Origin: Calditrichota bacterium
Lineage (GTDB): Bacteria; Zhuqueibacterota; Zhuqueibacteria; Residuimicrobiales; Krinioviventaceae
Assembly: GCA_013152225.1 (NCBI GenBank)
Contig: JAADGR010000313.1
Coordinates: forward strand, 1-39,735
Reading direction: 5' to 3'
DNA: 39,735 nt
A model generated the notes under the pieces. It did not search any database. It saw only the letters and a program-made list of their open reading frames with translations, and was not told where the DNA came from. Both the position numbers and the translations under genes were made by a program. Positions within the stretch are counted from its first letter, which is position 1. Each line of letters starts with the position of its first letter. Below are positions 1 through 12,698 of the stretch, in pieces.

Positions 1-183
<183 letters not shown>

Positions 184-215
184 TTGAAATCTTATTTTTT
201 GATTTGGATTGATAA

Positions 216-365
216 ATGCGAGATTTAGTGATATTGGAATGTACGGAGTGTAAACGAAGAAATTACACTACCGATAAGAACAAAAGAAGCCAAAGCGGCC
301 GTGTAGAATACAAAAAATACTGCCGCTGGTGTAACAAAAGAACGGTTCATAAAGAAACAAGATGA
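216..365 (+). CDS. rpmG: 50S ribosomal protein L33, zinc-ribbon type, 49 aa
   Basis: Manual translation [49 protein letters not shown]. Canonical tuf-rpmG-secE position; below ORF-track cutoff. Confidence 0.97.
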   Translation: MRDLVILECTECKRRNYTTDKNKRSQSGRVEYKKYCRWCNKRTVHKETR

Positions 366-377
366 CGAAGCTTGTTT

Positions 378-451
378 AGGCCTGTAGCACAATTGGCTAG
401 TGCACCGGACTCCAAATCCGGCGGTTGGGGGTTCGACTCCCTCCAGGCCTG
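378..451 (+). tRNA. tRNA-Trp (CCA); 3' CCA tail not encoded
   Basis: Acceptor stem AGGCCTG/CAGGCCT, anticodon arm CCGGA-CTCCAAA-TCCGG (anticodon CCA at 412-414), T-loop GTTCGAC, discriminator G451. Typical location before secE. Confidence 0.97.
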
Positions 452-531
452 CTTTTTTTATATCAGGATATCGACGAACTGAGCTAATCAGTGCAGGTGA
501 AATTAATTAAGAATCTGAAGAGCGGCCAGAT

Positions 532-714
532 ATGTTCCAAAAAATGATGAAATTTTTCAGAGACGTCAAGCTGGAAATGTCAAAAGTGAGTTGGCCAACT
601 CGTTACGAGTTAAAGGGGCAGACAACAATCGTGATTTTTGTCTCCTTTCTTTTTGCAATATTTATTTTTCTAGTTGATCAAGTTCTTTCTAGGTTCATTA
701 ATTTTCTTTATTAG
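532..714 (+). CDS. secE: Preprotein translocase subunit SecE
   Basis: EMSKVSWPTR motif followed by one transmembrane helix; upstream of nusG. Confidence 0.97.
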   Translation: MFQKMMKFFRDVKLEMSKVSWPTRYELKGQTTIVIFVSFLFAIFIFLVDQVLSRFINFLY

Positions 715-737
715 GCCGTTTTGCTAAAAGGTTAAAC

Positions 738-1277
738 TTGGAAGATAACGAATTAAAGTGGTACGCAATTCATGTTCTTTCCGGACATGAGAACAAAGTA
801 AAAGCCTATCTCGAAAATGAGATTGGTCATGCCGGTTTGGAGCAGAAACTCGATAAAATTCTGGTACCCACTGAAGAAATCACAGAAATGAAAGAGGGTA
901 AAAGACGAGTGCGTACAAAAATTATGTTCCCCGGTTATATGCTTGTGAGAATGGTTTTCGATAAAGAAACGCGGCACTTGATCTTGAACACACCAGGTGT
1001 AACGAACTTTGTTGGAAGAAAGAATGAGCCTATCCCTCTCAAGACAGATGAAGCTGAGAGGATTATGGGAAAGACGGAAGGTGGGGAAAAAGACCGCTCC
1101 CGCGTCCCCTTTCATGTCGGTGATGCGATCAAGGTCGTTGACGGGCCGTTCACTGATTTTACGGGCTTTATTGAGGAAGTGAACGAGGAAAAAGATAAAG
1201 TTAAAGTCATGGTGAGTATCTTTGGGAGATCTACACCTGTCGAATTGGATTTTTTGCAGATAGAACTAGAAGCTTAA
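738..1277 (+). CDS. nusG: Transcription termination/antitermination factor NusG (TTG start)
   Basis: WYAIHVLSGHENKV, FPGY, KOW motif VVDGPFTDF, IFGRSTPVEL. Confidence 0.98.
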   Translation: MEDNELKWYAIHVLSGHENKVKAYLENEIGHAGLEQKLDKILVPTEEITEMKEGKRRVRTKIMFPGYMLVRMVFDKETRHLILNTPGVTNFVGRKNEPIPLKTDEAERIMGKTEGGEKDRSRVPFHVGDAIKVVDGPFTDFTGFIEEVNEEKDKVKVMVSIFGRSTPVELDFLQIELEA

Positions 1278-1289
1278 GGTGAAAAACAA

Positions 1290-1715
1290 ATGGCAAAGAA
1301 GGTAATTGGCTCCATCAAGTTGCAGATTCCGGCGGGAAATGCAAATCCTTCGCCTCCGGTTGGTCCTGCTCTGGGGCAGCATGGCGTAAACATAATGGAG
1401 TTTTGCAAGGCGTTTAACGCAAAAACGCAAGATAAGCAGGGTCTTATTATACCTGTTATTATTACGGTTTATGCCGATCATTCATTTACTTTTATCACCA
1501 AAACGCCGCCTGCGCCGGTCTTGCTGAAATTGGCTGCCGGGTTAGAAAAGGGATCGGGTGAGCCGAACAGGAATAAGGTGGGCAAGGTCTCCAGGGAGCA
1601 AGTAAAAGAAATCGCCGAATCAAAGATGGTTGATCTGAATGCCAACGATATAGAAATGGCGATGCGGATGATTGAAGGTACTGCCAGAAGTATGGGGATT
1701 GTTGTAGAAGGATAA
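1290..1715 (+). CDS. rplK: 50S ribosomal protein L11
   Basis: [25 protein letters not shown]; GTARSMG. Confidence 0.99.
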   Translation: MAKKVIGSIKLQIPAGNANPSPPVGPALGQHGVNIMEFCKAFNAKTQDKQGLIIPVIITVYADHSFTFITKTPPAPVLLKLAAGLEKGSGEPNRNKVGKVSREQVKEIAESKMVDLNANDIEMAMRMIEGTARSMGIVVEG

Positions 1716-1756
1716 ACTTTTTCGGATTATCTCATATTAGAAGTTTTGGAGTAAGA

Positions 1757-2455
1757 ATGAAACATAGCAAAAGATATAATGGCGCAGCCGAAAAAGTTGA
1801 CCGATCGACTGCACATAGCATGGAAGCGGCTATAGCGAAAGTACTGGAAGCGGCCACCGCGAAATTTGATGAATCCATCGAGTTGAGTGTGCGGCTGGGC
1901 GTTGATCCCAGAAAAGCCGATCAAATGGTTCGGGGTACTGTTTCGTTGCCGCACGGAACAGGAAAAACTATCCGCGTACTTGTATTGACCAAGGGTGAAA
2001 AAGAAAAAGAAGCACAGGAGGCTGGGGCGGACTATGTCGGCGGTGATGATTTGGTTGCAAAGATTCAGGGCGGCTGGCTTGATTTTGATGCCGTCATTGC
2101 AACACCCGATATCATGTCTCAGGTTGGAAAGCTGGGGCGTATTCTTGGCCCTCGCGGATTAATGCCAAACCCAAAAGTCGGTACAGTAACTTTTGACGTT
2201 GGTCAAGCCGTCAAAGACATTAAAGCTGGAAAAATAGATTTTCGCGTTGATAAATACGGAATTGTGCACGCTGCGATAGGTAAAAAATCTTTCAAGCCCA
2301 AGCAATTGGTAGATAATGTGCGCGTGTTTATGGATGCAATTAATCGTCTAAGGCCGTCGACTGCCAAGGGTGTGTATTTGAAAAGTATTTCACTTTCAAG
2401 CACAATGGGTCCCGGTGTACGTATAGATAAAAGCACTGTTAACGAAGAAGCTTGA
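1757..2455 (+). CDS. rplA: 50S ribosomal protein L1
   Basis: [32 protein letters not shown]. Confidence 0.99.
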   Translation: MKHSKRYNGAAEKVDRSTAHSMEAAIAKVLEAATAKFDESIELSVRLGVDPRKADQMVRGTVSLPHGTGKTIRVLVLTKGEKEKEAQEAGADYVGGDDLVAKIQGGWLDFDAVIATPDIMSQVGKLGRILGPRGLMPNPKVGTVTFDVGQAVKDIKAGKIDFRVDKYGIVHAAIGKKSFKPKQLVDNVRVFMDAINRLRPSTAKGVYLKSISLSSTMGPGVRIDKSTVNEEA

Positions 2456-2493
2456 CAAACAAAGTTAATATACATCATTAAGGAATATTTTTC

Positions 2494-3012
2494 ATGCCAC
2501 GGCCAGATAAAATTCAAAAAGTACAAGATGTTAGCGAGAGCTTGAGTCAAGCAAAAAGTATTTTTATGACTGATTTTACCGGTCTTTCTGTGGAAGAGAT
2601 GACAGCTCTTCGCCGGGAATTCCGCAAAGCGGATGTTCACTATGTTGTTGTGAAAAATACTTTGGCCAAGCTGTCTGCTGAAAAATCCGGTTTTGATAAT
2701 ATGGTCAAGTTCCTCAACGGACCGACCGGGTTGGCAATGTCGTTTGATGATCCAATAGCGCCTATCCGTATTATTGATAGTTTTCAAAAACTGCATAATA
2801 AGCCATCTATTAAAGCCGCTATTGTTGAAGGTGAGTTGTTGGATGAACAGGCAACTCAGGAAATTCGCAGTATTCCATCGCGGGATGTTTTGTTGGGGCA
2901 GGTTGTAAGCGGTATTGCCTCTCCAATTTCAGGCCTCGTCGGTGGGCTGCAAGGGTTGTTTAGAAACCTTGTCTATGCACTGGATGCTATAAAAGAAAAA
3001 AAAGAATCATAA
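2494..3012 (+). CDS. rplJ: 50S ribosomal protein L10
   Basis: DFTGLSV..MTALR, VVKNTLAK, LNGPT; synteny. Confidence 0.98.
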   Translation: MPRPDKIQKVQDVSESLSQAKSIFMTDFTGLSVEEMTALRREFRKADVHYVVVKNTLAKLSAEKSGFDNMVKFLNGPTGLAMSFDDPIAPIRIIDSFQKLHNKPSIKAAIVEGELLDEQATQEIRSIPSRDVLLGQVVSGIASPISGLVGGLQGLFRNLVYALDAIKEKKES

Positions 3013-3048
3013 GAATATAATTATTTGTCACTTTAACGGGAGGTAGAA

Positions 3049-3483
3049 ATGCCCGAGAATGAAGCTGTTGCAGTTGAGCAAGAAAAATCCACTGAAGCTC
3101 TTGACCCCAAAGTTGAAGATCTTTTGGGCACGATCGAACAGATGACTGTTCTTCAATTATCTAAATTAGTAAAAGCTCTTGAGGACCGTTTTGGTGTAAC
3201 CGCCGCTGCTCCTGTTGTTGTTGGTGCGCTACCCGGTGGTGCTGCACCCGCAGCCGAGGCCGAAGAAGAGAAAACGGAGTTTGATGTGATTCTCAAAGCT
3301 GCCGGTTCCAATAAAATTCAGTCGATCAAGGTCGTTCGCGCCGTCACAAGTCTGGGCTTGAAAGAAGCCAAGGAACTCGTTGATAGTGCCCCCAGTGCTG
3401 TCAAAGAAGCTATAAGCAAAGACGAAGCCAACGATATTAAAAGCAAATTGGAAGAAGTTGGGGCTGAAGTAGAGATCAAGTAA
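3049..3483 (+). CDS. rplL: 50S ribosomal protein L7/L12 with N-terminal extension
   Basis: [20 protein letters not shown]; SD GGGAGGT just upstream of the ATG. Confidence 0.98.
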   Translation: MPENEAVAVEQEKSTEALDPKVEDLLGTIEQMTVLQLSKLVKALEDRFGVTAAAPVVVGALPGGAAPAAEAEEEKTEFDVILKAAGSNKIQSIKVVRAVTSLGLKEAKELVDSAPSAVKEAISKDEANDIKSKLEEVGAEVEIK

Positions 3484-3507
3484 GCTAAGATATTTCTTCT
3501 AATAAAT

Positions 3508-3539
3508 AAAGCCGGGCTTTTATAGTGCTCGGTTTTTTT
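3508..3539 (+). terminator. Intrinsic terminator/attenuator between rplL and rpoB
   Basis: GCCGGGC (3511-3517) pairs with GCTCGGT (3527-3533), followed by a T run. Same position as the E. coli rplL-rpoB attenuator. Confidence 0.7.
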
Positions 3540-3576
3540 AAAGTATTGTTCGAAAATTTGAAAGGAAGTGAATCCT

Positions 3577-6500
3577 TTGGCAGTTGGTTTGAGAAGACCC
3601 CGAAAATCGTTCTCAAAAATTACAGCAGCGGCTGAACTACCGGATTTGTTGGATATACAGTTACAGTCATTTGAGGAATTTATCCAGGCGACTGTTTCCC
3701 CTGATCAAAGGGAAGATCAAGGGTTGCAAGCTGTTTTCAATGGTATTTTTCCGATTGTTGATAGCCGCGAGAATTTTGAGCTCGATTTTATCGAATATTA
3801 TATTGACAAACCCAAGTATTCACTTGCAGAATGCCAGGAACGAGGGACAACATATTCTGTTGCATTGAAGGCGAAGCTCCGCCTCTCGATAAAGGACGAA
3901 TATGATCCTAATGATCCTCTGGCAAACTCTATTGAGCAAGTTGTTTATTTGGGAAATCTCCCTACAATGACGCATCGCGGTACGTTCATTATCAATGGTG
4001 CTGAGCGGATCATCGTGAGTCAACTGCATAGGTCGCCCGGCGTTTTTTTTGATGAAATTATTCATCCCAATGGCACAAAACTTTATTCAGCCAGAATAAT
4101 TCCGCTCAGGGGTTCCTGGGTAGAGTTTACAACGGATATTTATGATTTGATGAACGTGTTCATCGATCGACGTAAAAAATTCCTGGCTACAACGCTTTTG
4201 AGAGCTATTGGCTATTCCACGGATCGTGAGATTCTGGAAGCGTTTAATCTTGTCGAGGAAGTGAAGATTAACGACAAGGTGTGGGATGATCTCATTGGTT
4301 CAAAGGTGATTGATGATATTATTGACGTTGAAACCGGTGAAGTCATTGTTGACAGGTATAGCGAAATTGAACCTGAAAAGGTTGAGGCTATTGCTGCGTT
4401 GGGACTGAAAAAAATCGAGGTTTTAAAATCGGATAAAATTTTTGGTCACGATGTTATTAGCAACACACTTCTTAAAGATCCCACCCATTCCAGGGCAGAA
4501 GCGCTGGAATTAATTTACCGACAATTACGCTCCGGTGATCCCCCTGATGTAGATACGGCTCGGTTGCTTGTGGAGCGTCTCTTTTTTAATCCGAAACGAT
4601 ATGACCTGGGAGACGTTGGCCGGCATCGGTTGAATCGAAAGCTTAATCAGGATATTGATCCTGAAACTCTGTGTTTGACCAGAACTGATATTATCGGCAT
4701 TATTGCCTATTTGCTTGATCTGCGCAAGGGAAAGATGTCTGCTGATGATATCGATCACTTGGGCAATCGCCGCGTTCGTACGGTTGGTGAGCAGCTTTCC
4801 CAGCAAATGAGCGTTGGGCTTTCGCGCATGGCAAGAACGATCAAAGAGCGGATGAACTTGCGAGAGAGTGAAAATCCGACACCTCAGGATTTGGTGAACG
4901 CACGGACGATTCTCTCTGTCATCAATACTTTTTTCGGAACAAGCCAATTGTCGCAGTTTATGGATCAAACCAATCCGCTTTCCGAGATGACCCACAAACG
5001 CAGATTGTCGGCGCTTGGCCCGGGCGGTTTGACGAGAGAGCGCGCCGGTTTTGAAGTTCGCGACGTGCACTATACACATTATGGCCGACTTTGTCCTATA
5101 GAAACACCGGAAGGCCCGAATATTGGTCTGATTTCTTCGTTAACCACTTATGCACGTATCAATGATTTTGGTTTCATCGAGGCTCCCTATCGTGTCGTTG
5201 AAAAAGGCGTAGCTACGAAAGAAATTAATTTCTTAACTGCGGATGATGAAGAGCAGCAAATTATCGCGCAAGCGAATGAACCCCTTGATGAAAAGGGCAA
5301 TTTTGTCAATGAACGTGTCAGATGTCGATATCGCGGTGAATTTCCCATAGTCACTCCTGACAAAGTTGCTTACATGGATGTTTCTCCAACTCAAATCGTT
5401 TCTGCTGCTGCGGCACTCATCCCGTTTCTCGAACATGACGATGCGAACCGTGCTTTGATGGGATCCAATATGCAGCGACAAGCGGTACCACTGCTTCGGC
5501 CGGAAGCGCCTTTTGTAGGAACCGGAATGGAAGCCAAGGTTGCTCATGATTCCCGCGCTGTGATTCTTTCGAAATGCGACGGCGTAGTAGAACAGGTCGA
5601 CTCGAAGCAGATCGTCATTCGAAAAGCCAAGAGCAAAGAAACAACGGATGATCTTGCCGAGCTTTTAGATTTTGATGAATCGGAAATTGTAACTTATGAT
5701 TTAACAAAGTTTAAACGAACGAACCAGGATACCTGTTTAAATCAAAAGCCAATAATTGATGTCGGTGATCATGTTAAAAAAGGTCAGGTCATAGCCGACG
5801 GGCCGGCTACCGATGGCGGCGAACTGGCACTGGGCAGAAATGTGCTCGTTGCTTTTATGCCGTGGCGTGGTTATAATTTTGAGGATGCGATTGTTATTTC
5901 AGAACGGGTTGTTCAGGAGGATATTTATACATCTCTGCACATCGAATCTTTTGAACTACAGGTTCGGGATACAAAACGCGGCGAAGAAGAGTTGACATGC
6001 GAGATACCAAATGTAAGCGAAGACGCAACAAAAGATTTGGATGAAAATGGAATTATCCGCATTGGTGCCGAGGTCTCTGCGGGAGATATTCTTGTTGGTA
6101 AAGTTACGCCAAAAGGAGAGACCGATCCCACGCCGGAAGAAAAGCTATTGAAAGCAATCTTTGGCGAAAAAGCGGGTGATGTCAAAGATGCATCCCTTAA
6201 AGGTTCCCCGGGATTAAAAGGCGTTGTTATTGATACGAATTTGTTTTCCCGCAAGAAAAAAGATGCAACAACAAAGCGGAGAGACAAAAAAGCGCTCGAA
6301 GAATTGGAAGACTGGCTGGTTCGCGTAAACACTGAAGCTGCGGAAAATCGGCGGAAAAAATTGTCTGGTGTTCTCGAGGGCCAGGTTTCGGCCGGCATAA
6401 GAGATTTCGAGTCTGGCAAAATTGTGATTAAAGCCAAGACCCAGATTAAAAAATCCAATATTGAAAAACTCGATTTTGATAATATTGATTATTTGAATCC

Positions 6501-7380
6501 ACTAGTAGAAGATGAGAATACGAATTCTCTTGTTGAAAAAATTAATGCTCGTTATGAAAAGAAATTGCGCGACGTCCAGGAAGAATACGAGTTGCGCAAA
6601 TTTAAAATAGTTGTCGGTGATGAGCTGCCTCCGGGTATCACTCAACTTGCCAAAGTTTATGTTGCCAAGAAGCGAAAGTTGATGGTTGGCGATAAAATGG
6701 CAGGGCGCCATGGTAATAAGGGCGTTGTAGCAAAAATTGTCCCCAAGGAAGATATGCCTTATTTGCCCGATGGAACACCAGTAGATATTGTTCTCAATCC
6801 ACTGGGTGTGCCTTCCCGTATGAATCTTGGGCAAATACTTGAAACAAATCTTGGCTGGGCAGCGAAAAACCTGAACATCAACTATGCCACTCCTGTTTTC
6901 GATGGTGCTTCCCTTGATGAGATAAAAGAGGAAATGGAAAAAGCCGGAGTTCCGACAAGCGGAAAATCGCAAGTTTACGACGGACGAACCGGAGAGTTGA
7001 TGGATGAAGAAGTAACCATCGGCTGGATTTACATGCTCAAGTTGTCTCATTTGGTTGAGGATAAAATTCATGCACGTTCGATAGGACCATACTCTTTAAT
7101 AACGCAACAACCGCTTGGTGGTAAAGCTCAGTTTGGTGGTCAAAGATTTGGTGAAATGGAGGTTTGGGCGCTCGAAGCTTACGGCGCGGCATACACCCTC
7201 CAGGAAATCCTGACAGTAAAAAGCGATGATGTTCGAGGGCGTTCCAAGACTTATGAAGCTATTGTTAAGGGAGAGAATATTCCTGAACCCGGCTTGCCCG
7301 AGTCTTTTAACGTTTTACTTCGAGAATTACAAGGATTGGGCTTGGATGTTGAATTGAGAAGTGATGGTAAGAAAAAATAG
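3577..7380 (+). CDS. rpoB: RNA polymerase beta subunit (TTG at 3577 preferred; GTG at 3568 possible)
   Basis: [54 protein letters not shown]. Confidence 0.99.
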   Translation: MAVGLRRPRKSFSKITAAAELPDLLDIQLQSFEEFIQATVSPDQREDQGLQAVFNGIFPIVDSRENFELDFIEYYIDKPKYSLAECQERGTTYSVALKAKLRLSIKDEYDPNDPLANSIEQVVYLGNLPTMTHRGTFIINGAERIIVSQLHRSPGVFFDEIIHPNGTKLYSARIIPLRGSWVEFTTDIYDLMNVFIDRRKKFLATTLLRAIGYSTDREILEAFNLVEEVKINDKVWDDLIGSKVIDDIIDVETGEVIVDRYSEIEPEKVEAIAALGLKKIEVLKSDKIFGHDVISNTLLKDPTHSRAEALELIYRQLRSGDPPDVDTARLLVERLFFNPKRYDLGDVGRHRLNRKLNQDIDPETLCLTRTDIIGIIAYLLDLRKGKMSADDIDHLGNRRVRTVGEQLSQQMSVGLSRMARTIKERMNLRESENPTPQDLVNARTILSVINTFFGTSQLSQFMDQTNPLSEMTHKRRLSALGPGGLTRERAGFEVRDVHYTHYGRLCPIETPEGPNIGLISSLTTYARINDFGFIEAPYRVVEKGVATKEINFLTADDEEQQIIAQANEPLDEKGNFVNERVRCRYRGEFPIVTPDKVAYMDVSPTQIVSAAAALIPFLEHDDANRALMGSNMQRQAVPLLRPEAPFVGTGMEAKVAHDSRAVILSKCDGVVEQVDSKQIVIRKAKSKETTDDLAELLDFDESEIVTYDLTKFKRTNQDTCLNQKPIIDVGDHVKKGQVIADGPATDGGELALGRNVLVAFMPWRGYNFEDAIVISERVVQEDIYTSLHIESFELQVRDTKRGEEELTCEIPNVSEDATKDLDENGIIRIGAEVSAGDILVGKVTPKGETDPTPEEKLLKAIFGEKAGDVKDASLKGSPGLKGVVIDTNLFSRKKKDATTKRRDKKALEELEDWLVRVNTEAAENRRKKLSGVLEGQVSAGIRDFESGKIVIKAKTQIKKSNIEKLDFDNIDYLNPLVEDENTNSLVEKINARYEKKLRDVQEEYELRKFKIVVGDELPPGITQLAKVYVAKKRKLMVGDKMAGRHGNKGVVAKIVPKEDMPYLPDGTPVDIVLNPLGVPSRMNLGQILETNLGWAAKNLNINYATPVFDGASLDEIKEEMEKAGVPTSGKSQVYDGRTGELMDEEVTIGWIYMLKLSHLVEDKIHARSIGPYSLITQQPLGGKAQFGGQRFGEMEVWALEAYGAAYTLQEILTVKSDDVRGRSKTYEAIVKGENIPEPGLPESFNVLLRELQGLGLDVELRSDGKKK

Positions 7381-7466
7381 TTATCTCTGCCCAAGGAGCA
7401 TCATCTTAAAAATTGAAATGATTAAAAAAATAACCAGGCTCAGTTTTCGAGTTTGGAGGTGATATT

Positions 7467-10400
7467 TTGAATTATATGATTACTCAGGACATTCCAAAAC
7501 ATAGCACGAAATTTAATTCTATTTATATCGGTCTGTCTTCTCCCGATAAAATTCTTGAACGTTCCCATGGAGAAGTAACAAAGCCGGAAACAATAAACTA
7601 TCGTTCTTTCAAGCCGGAAAAAGATGGACTTTTTTGCGAGAAAATCTTTGGTCCTGTTCGGGATTGGGAATGTCATTGTGGAAAATATAAAAGAATTCGA
7701 TACAAGGGTATTGTATGTGATCGTTGCGGTGTAGAAGTAACGATGAAAAGTGTCCGGCGCGAACGTATGGGGCATATCACTCTGGCTGTTCCTGTCGTGC
7801 ACATCTGGTACTGGAAGTCTTTGCCTTCCAAGGCAGGCTATGTTCTCGGCATGAGTATGAAAAACCTTGAAAGGGTTATATATTACGAGTCGTATGTCGT
7901 TGTGCAGCCGGGAGAAAGCGGTCTGAAAGAGAAGGAACTCGTCACCGAAGAAGACTATCTGGAAATATCAACCAGAATGAAAGAGGTTGAGGCTGATGTG
8001 CCGGAAGAGCAAAGGTTTAAAGCGCAAATCGGCGGCCAGGCTGTTCTGGATTTGCTGAAGCGGATTAATATTGATTATCTTGCAAAATTTTTACGAGAAG
8101 CCGCTCGCACTGAAACCTCTATTCAGCGTAAAAATGACGCATTGAAGCGACTTAAAGTCATTGAAGCTTTTCGGCGCGCAAATAAATTCAAAGAGAACAG
8201 GCCGGAATGGATGGTGATGACTGTCATTCCCGTTATTCCGCCGGAACTGCGTCCATTGGTTCCTCTGGAAGGAGGGAGGTTCGCAACTTCTGATTTGAAT
8301 GATTTATACAGACGGGTTATTATCCGTAATAATCGTCTTAAAAAGCTCTTAGAAATCAAGGCGCCGGAAGTTATTCTTCGAAATGAAAAAAGAATGCTGC
8401 AAGAGGCAGTGGATTCACTCTTTGACAACGGACGCAAGTCTTCCGCTGTACGAAGTGACGGAAACAGAGCATTGAAGAGCCTTTCCGATATGTTGCGTGG
8501 AAAGCAGGGACGTTTTCGTCAGAATCTCTTGGGAAAACGAATCGATTATTCCGGGCGTTCGGTTATTGTTGTCGGCCCGGAATTAAAACTCAATCAATGT
8601 GGTTTGCCGAAAGAAATGGCTCTCGAACTTTTTAAACCGTTTGTTATTCGCAAATTGGTTGAGCGCGGATTAGTTAAAACGGTAAAAAGCGCAAAGAAAT
8701 TAGTTGATCGACGCGGCGCTGAAGTTTGGGATATCCTTGAAGAAATCATTGATGATCATCCTATTATGCTCAATCGCGCACCAACCTTGCACCGTCTCGG
8801 CATTCAGGCTTTTCAGCCTGTTCTGATTGAAGGTAAAGCCCTTCAGATTCACCCCCTTGTTTGTGCTGCGTTCAATGCGGACTTTGACGGTGATCAGATG
8901 GCCGTGCACGTACCTTTGTCTTTCTTTGCACAAATAGAGACCAAGGTGCTTATGCTTTCAAGTCATAATATCTTGTCTCCCGCGCACGGGCGGCCGCTTG
9001 CCATTCCAAGTCAGGATATTGTTCTTGGTATTTATTATCTTACCAAGCGCAAATCCGGTACTTTGGGCGAAGGGATGATATTTTCATCTCCTGAGGAAGT
9101 GATGATTGCCCGTAATGATGATCGTGTTGATTTACATGCACCGATCAAAGTTCGAGTTGATGGTAAAATTATAGATACAACCGTGGGACGCGTTATCTTT
9201 AACAGTGTGATCCCCGAAGAGTTGCCTTTTGTTAACGAGTTGTTGACTAAAAAAGCAACTGAAGAACTGGTTGCCCGTGCATATGCCACTTTGGGTAATT
9301 TGAAAACCGCCGAAATGCTGGACAAACTGAAGGAGATTGGTTTTCTGCATGCCATGAAGTCCGGTGTGACCGTTGGCCTCGGAGATGTGATTGTACCAAA
9401 AGAAAAAGATGAACTTTTGGACGAAGCTTACAAAAAAGTAGAAGCTATCCACAAAAGATATGAACGCGGTATTATTACCGATGGTGAACGATATAACCAG
9501 ATTATTGATATTTGGACACATACAACGAGCAATGTTGCAGAGAAAATGTTTGAACGGCTTAGCCATGATCGCCAGGGATTTAATCCGATTTTCATGATGG
9601 CCGATTCCGGTGCAAGAGGGTCCAAGGAGCAGATTCGCCAGCTAGCCGGAATGCGCGGTCTGATGGCGAAACCTCAAAAAAAGATGACCGGTTCGATGGG
9701 CGAAATTATTGAAAGTCCGATCACGGCAAACTTTCGCGAAGGCCTTTCAGTGCTCGAATACTTTATCTCAACTCATGGCGCAAGAAAAGGACTGGCAGAT
9801 ACGGCGTTGAAAACGGCTGATGCAGGCTATCTTACGCGCCGACTTGTTGATGTTGCGCAGGATGTTATTATAACGATGGAAGACTGCGGAACGATCCTTG
9901 GTTTGCGAGTTGGAGACTTGAAGGAAGGTGAAGAGGTCATTGAAACAATGCGTGATCGTATCGTCGGGCGAGTGGCAGCCGAGGATGTTTTTGATCCCGA
10001 ATCAGGCGATATCATCATTGAGGCCGGGGAATTAATTTATGAAAAAGTTGCCGATCTCATTGCTCAGAGCGGGCTCGAAACAGTGATGATCAGATCCGTG
10101 TTGACGTGTGAAGCGCAGCGTGGCGCGTGTGGGCGATGCTATGGGCGAAATCTTGCCAACGGGAAAATGGTCACAATCGGAGAAGCTGTGGGTGTAATGG
10201 CTGCTCAGTCCATTGGAGAGCCGGGTACGCAGTTAACTTTGCGTACATTTCATATCGGTGGTACTGCCTCCCGTATCGCGGCGCAATCACAGGTTGCTGT
10301 TAAACGTAATGGGACTGTAGAATGGGAAAATCTCAAAGTCGTCAAGCGAGACGATGGAATTATTGTTACGCTTGGCCGCAATGGACGATTGAAAATCCTC

Positions 10401-11702
10401 GACGATGATAATCGTGTCATTGAAAGATTGACCGTCCCTTATTCTGCGGAGCTTTTGGTAGAATCCGGGGCGAAAGTACAAAAAGGCGACGTTGTTTTTA
10501 AATGGGATCCGTACACGGCATCCATCATAACGAATACCGACGGAACCGTTCAGTTTATCGATATTATTGAAAACGTTACTTTTCGCGAGGAACTGGATGA
10601 GACAACGGGTTTGAAGCAAAGGCTTATCATTGAAACCCGAAGTCGCAATCTTAGCCCGACCATTCAGATTCTTGATGATGCCGGAGAAATCATTGGGTCT
10701 TATGCCGTTCCTACTCGCTCACATTTGCAGGTAAGAGAGGGTGGTAAGGTTCAAGCCGGCGATTCTCTGGTGAAAATACCAAGAGAATTTGCGAAAACCA
10801 GAGATATTACCGGTGGTCTGCCGCGAGTTGCTGAATTGTTCGAAGCGAGAAAACCCAAAGAACCCGCTGTGGTCAGCGAAATCGACGGTATCGTCCGTTT
10901 TGGTGAAATAAAGCGCGGCGTCAGGCGCGTCATCGTTACGTCCGAAGATGGACATGAAGAAAAGATTTATTTAATCGGCTATGGAAAGCATGTTCTTGTC
11001 CATGATGGTGATTTTGTTCATGCGGGAGAAAAACTCTCCGAAGGTGCTGTAGCCCCTCATGATATTTTGGCAATTATGGGCGCAAACAAAGTTCAGGAAT
11101 ACCTTGTCAATGAGATACAGGAAGTGTACAGATTGCAGGGTGTTCGCATCAATGACAAGCATATCGAAGTTATCGTGCGTCAGATGCTGCAAAAGGTAAA
11201 AATCGAAGATGCGGGCGACACAAAGTACCTTGAAAATGATCAGGTTGACCGACTTTCCTTTTTGCGTGAAAACAATAAAACTCGTAACAAAGTGGTTGTT
11301 ACTGATCCGGGTGATTCCAAGTTGCATGTGAATGACCTGATGGATGCTGAGGAGGTCCGCGGAATTATCGAGAAATTAAAAGCAAAAGATAAAAAGCCGC
11401 CTCTTACCAGGCCGGCGAAACCAGCGACTTTCCAACCATTGCTTCTGGGAATTACCAAAGCATCATTAACGACAGAAAGTTTTATCTCCGCTGCTTCCTT
11501 TCAGGAAACAACACGTGTCTTAACAGACGCTTCTATTGAAGGCAAAATCGATAATTTATACGGGTTGAAGGAAAATGTCGTCATGGGACATCTTATCCCT
11601 GCGGGTACGGGTATCTCAAAATTTAAAAAATTAAGAGTTAAAGGCCCGTTGCTTGAAGAGGAAATCGAGTTGACTGGTGCTGGTGAAATTGAGGAAGAAT
11701 AA
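7467..11702 (+). CDS. rpoC: RNA polymerase beta' subunit (TTG start after SD GGAGGTGA)
   Basis: Zinc finger CHCGKYK...CDRCG, catalytic [35 protein letters not shown]. Confidence 0.99.
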   Translation: MNYMITQDIPKHSTKFNSIYIGLSSPDKILERSHGEVTKPETINYRSFKPEKDGLFCEKIFGPVRDWECHCGKYKRIRYKGIVCDRCGVEVTMKSVRRERMGHITLAVPVVHIWYWKSLPSKAGYVLGMSMKNLERVIYYESYVVVQPGESGLKEKELVTEEDYLEISTRMKEVEADVPEEQRFKAQIGGQAVLDLLKRINIDYLAKFLREAARTETSIQRKNDALKRLKVIEAFRRANKFKENRPEWMVMTVIPVIPPELRPLVPLEGGRFATSDLNDLYRRVIIRNNRLKKLLEIKAPEVILRNEKRMLQEAVDSLFDNGRKSSAVRSDGNRALKSLSDMLRGKQGRFRQNLLGKRIDYSGRSVIVVGPELKLNQCGLPKEMALELFKPFVIRKLVERGLVKTVKSAKKLVDRRGAEVWDILEEIIDDHPIMLNRAPTLHRLGIQAFQPVLIEGKALQIHPLVCAAFNADFDGDQMAVHVPLSFFAQIETKVLMLSSHNILSPAHGRPLAIPSQDIVLGIYYLTKRKSGTLGEGMIFSSPEEVMIARNDDRVDLHAPIKVRVDGKIIDTTVGRVIFNSVIPEELPFVNELLTKKATEELVARAYATLGNLKTAEMLDKLKEIGFLHAMKSGVTVGLGDVIVPKEKDELLDEAYKKVEAIHKRYERGIITDGERYNQIIDIWTHTTSNVAEKMFERLSHDRQGFNPIFMMADSGARGSKEQIRQLAGMRGLMAKPQKKMTGSMGEIIESPITANFREGLSVLEYFISTHGARKGLADTALKTADAGYLTRRLVDVAQDVIITMEDCGTILGLRVGDLKEGEEVIETMRDRIVGRVAAEDVFDPESGDIIIEAGELIYEKVADLIAQSGLETVMIRSVLTCEAQRGACGRCYGRNLANGKMVTIGEAVGVMAAQSIGEPGTQLTLRTFHIGGTASRIAAQSQVAVKRNGTVEWENLKVVKRDDGIIVTLGRNGRLKILDDDNRVIERLTVPYSAELLVESGAKVQKGDVVFKWDPYTASIITNTDGTVQFIDIIENVTFREELDETTGLKQRLIIETRSRNLSPTIQILDDAGEIIGSYAVPTRSHLQVREGGKVQAGDSLVKIPREFAKTRDITGGLPRVAELFEARKPKEPAVVSEIDGIVRFGEIKRGVRRVIVTSEDGHEEKIYLIGYGKHVLVHDGDFVHAGEKLSEGAVAPHDILAIMGANKVQEYLVNEIQEVYRLQGVRINDKHIEVIVRQMLQKVKIEDAGDTKYLENDQVDRLSFLRENNKTRNKVVVTDPGDSKLHVNDLMDAEEVRGIIEKLKAKDKKPPLTRPAKPATFQPLLLGITKASLTTESFISAASFQETTRVLTDASIEGKIDNLYGLKENVVMGHLIPAGTGISKFKKLRVKGPLLEEEIELTGAGEIEEE

Positions 11703-11725
11703 AACCTTTTTAAAAAATAAAAAAC

Positions 11726-11754
11726 TTGAAATTTAGAATTTAATTCTTTATATT
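11726..11754 (+). promoter_or_regulatory. Putative sigma70 promoter of the str cluster
   Basis: TTGAAA-17 nt-TATATT, with an A-rich UP-like tract at 11712-11724. Confidence 0.65.
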
Positions 11755-11782
11755 AATAGGCTTGAGTGATTCAGGAGGAAAA

Positions 11783-12154
11783 GTGCCTACAATAAATCAG
11801 TTAGTTCGAAGTGGAAGAAAAAGAGTTGTGAAAAAAGGGACAGCCCCTGCTCTGAACGGTTCGCCGCAACGAAGAGGTGTCTGTACTCGAGTTTATACGA
11901 CAACACCGAAAAAGCCGAATTCTGCGTTGAGAAAAGTTGCACGTGTTCGTCTGACTAACGGTTTCGAAGTAACCGCTTATATTCCAGGTGAAGGGCACAA
12001 TCTGCAAGAGCACTCGATTGTTTTGATTCGTGGAGGTCGAGTAAAAGATTTACCTGGTGTTCGATACCATATTGTTCGCGGCGTTTTGGATACAAGTGGT
12101 GTTCAGGATCGGAAACAAAGTCGTTCAAAATATGGAACCAAATTAAAAAAGTAA
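11783..12154 (+). CDS. rpsL: 30S ribosomal protein S12 (GTG start at 11783)
   Basis: [35 protein letters not shown] at 11773-11778 favours 11783 over 11762. Confidence 0.99.
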   Translation: MPTINQLVRSGRKRVVKKGTAPALNGSPQRRGVCTRVYTTTPKKPNSALRKVARVRLTNGFEVTAYIPGEGHNLQEHSIVLIRGGRVKDLPGVRYHIVRGVLDTSGVQDRKQSRSKYGTKLKK

Positions 12155-12201
12155 GTTATCCCTGATTTGTAGTCGAACATTTGAACTTTTGAGAGAAAAG
12201 A

Positions 12202-12672
12202 ATGCCAAGAAGAAAGCGAGCAACAAAAAGGCAGGTTTTGCCTGATCCTAAATATCACAGTGTTTTAGTGACAAAATTTATCAACGGTCTGCTGGAGAGT
12301 GGTAAGCGCAGCGTTGCTGAAAAAATATTTTACAGAGCGTTAGACGGCATCTCCGAAAAGGCAGGCAGTGAAGGTGTTGAAGTTTTCGAAAAAGCGATCG
12401 GGAATGTGAAACCGATTTTAGAAGTTCGCTCTAGAAGGGTAGGAGGAGCGACTTATCAGGTTCCTGTAGAAATTCGCGGCGACCGCCAACAAGCTCTGGC
12501 AATACGATGGCTTATCAGTTACTCTCGTGGTCGTTCCGAGAAGACTATGGCTGAAAAGCTGGCAGCCGAACTTTTAGCTGCTTCCAAGAGTGAAGGCGCT
12601 TCGATAAAAAAGCGCGAAGATACGCATAAAATGGCGGAGGCTAATAAGGCTTTCGCGCATTTCAGATGGTAA
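12202..12672 (+). CDS. rpsG: 30S ribosomal protein S7
   Basis: [25 protein letters not shown]. Confidence 0.99.
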   Translation: MPRRKRATKRQVLPDPKYHSVLVTKFINGLLESGKRSVAEKIFYRALDGISEKAGSEGVEVFEKAIGNVKPILEVRSRRVGGATYQVPVEIRGDRQQALAIRWLISYSRGRSEKTMAEKLAAELLAASKSEGASIKKREDTHKMAEANKAFAHFRW

Positions 12673-12698
12673 TGGATTCAATTTAATTTGATCCTTTT

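Noticed and set aside
2452-2480. TTGACA at the rplA stop as an rplJ promoter
   Set aside because: No acceptable -10 hexamer at 16-18 nt spacing.
7418-7462. Mini-[17 protein letters not shown] between rpoB and rpoC
   Set aside because: The nearest SD-like AAGGAG is 19 nt upstream and the stop is just the TGA within the rpoC SD; probably chance.
3577-12154. Inteins, introns or resistance alleles in rpoB, rpoC or rpsL
   Set aside because: Lengths are ordinary and no intein termini were seen. The rifampicin cluster ([22 protein letters not shown]) and the S12 lysine motifs look wild type.
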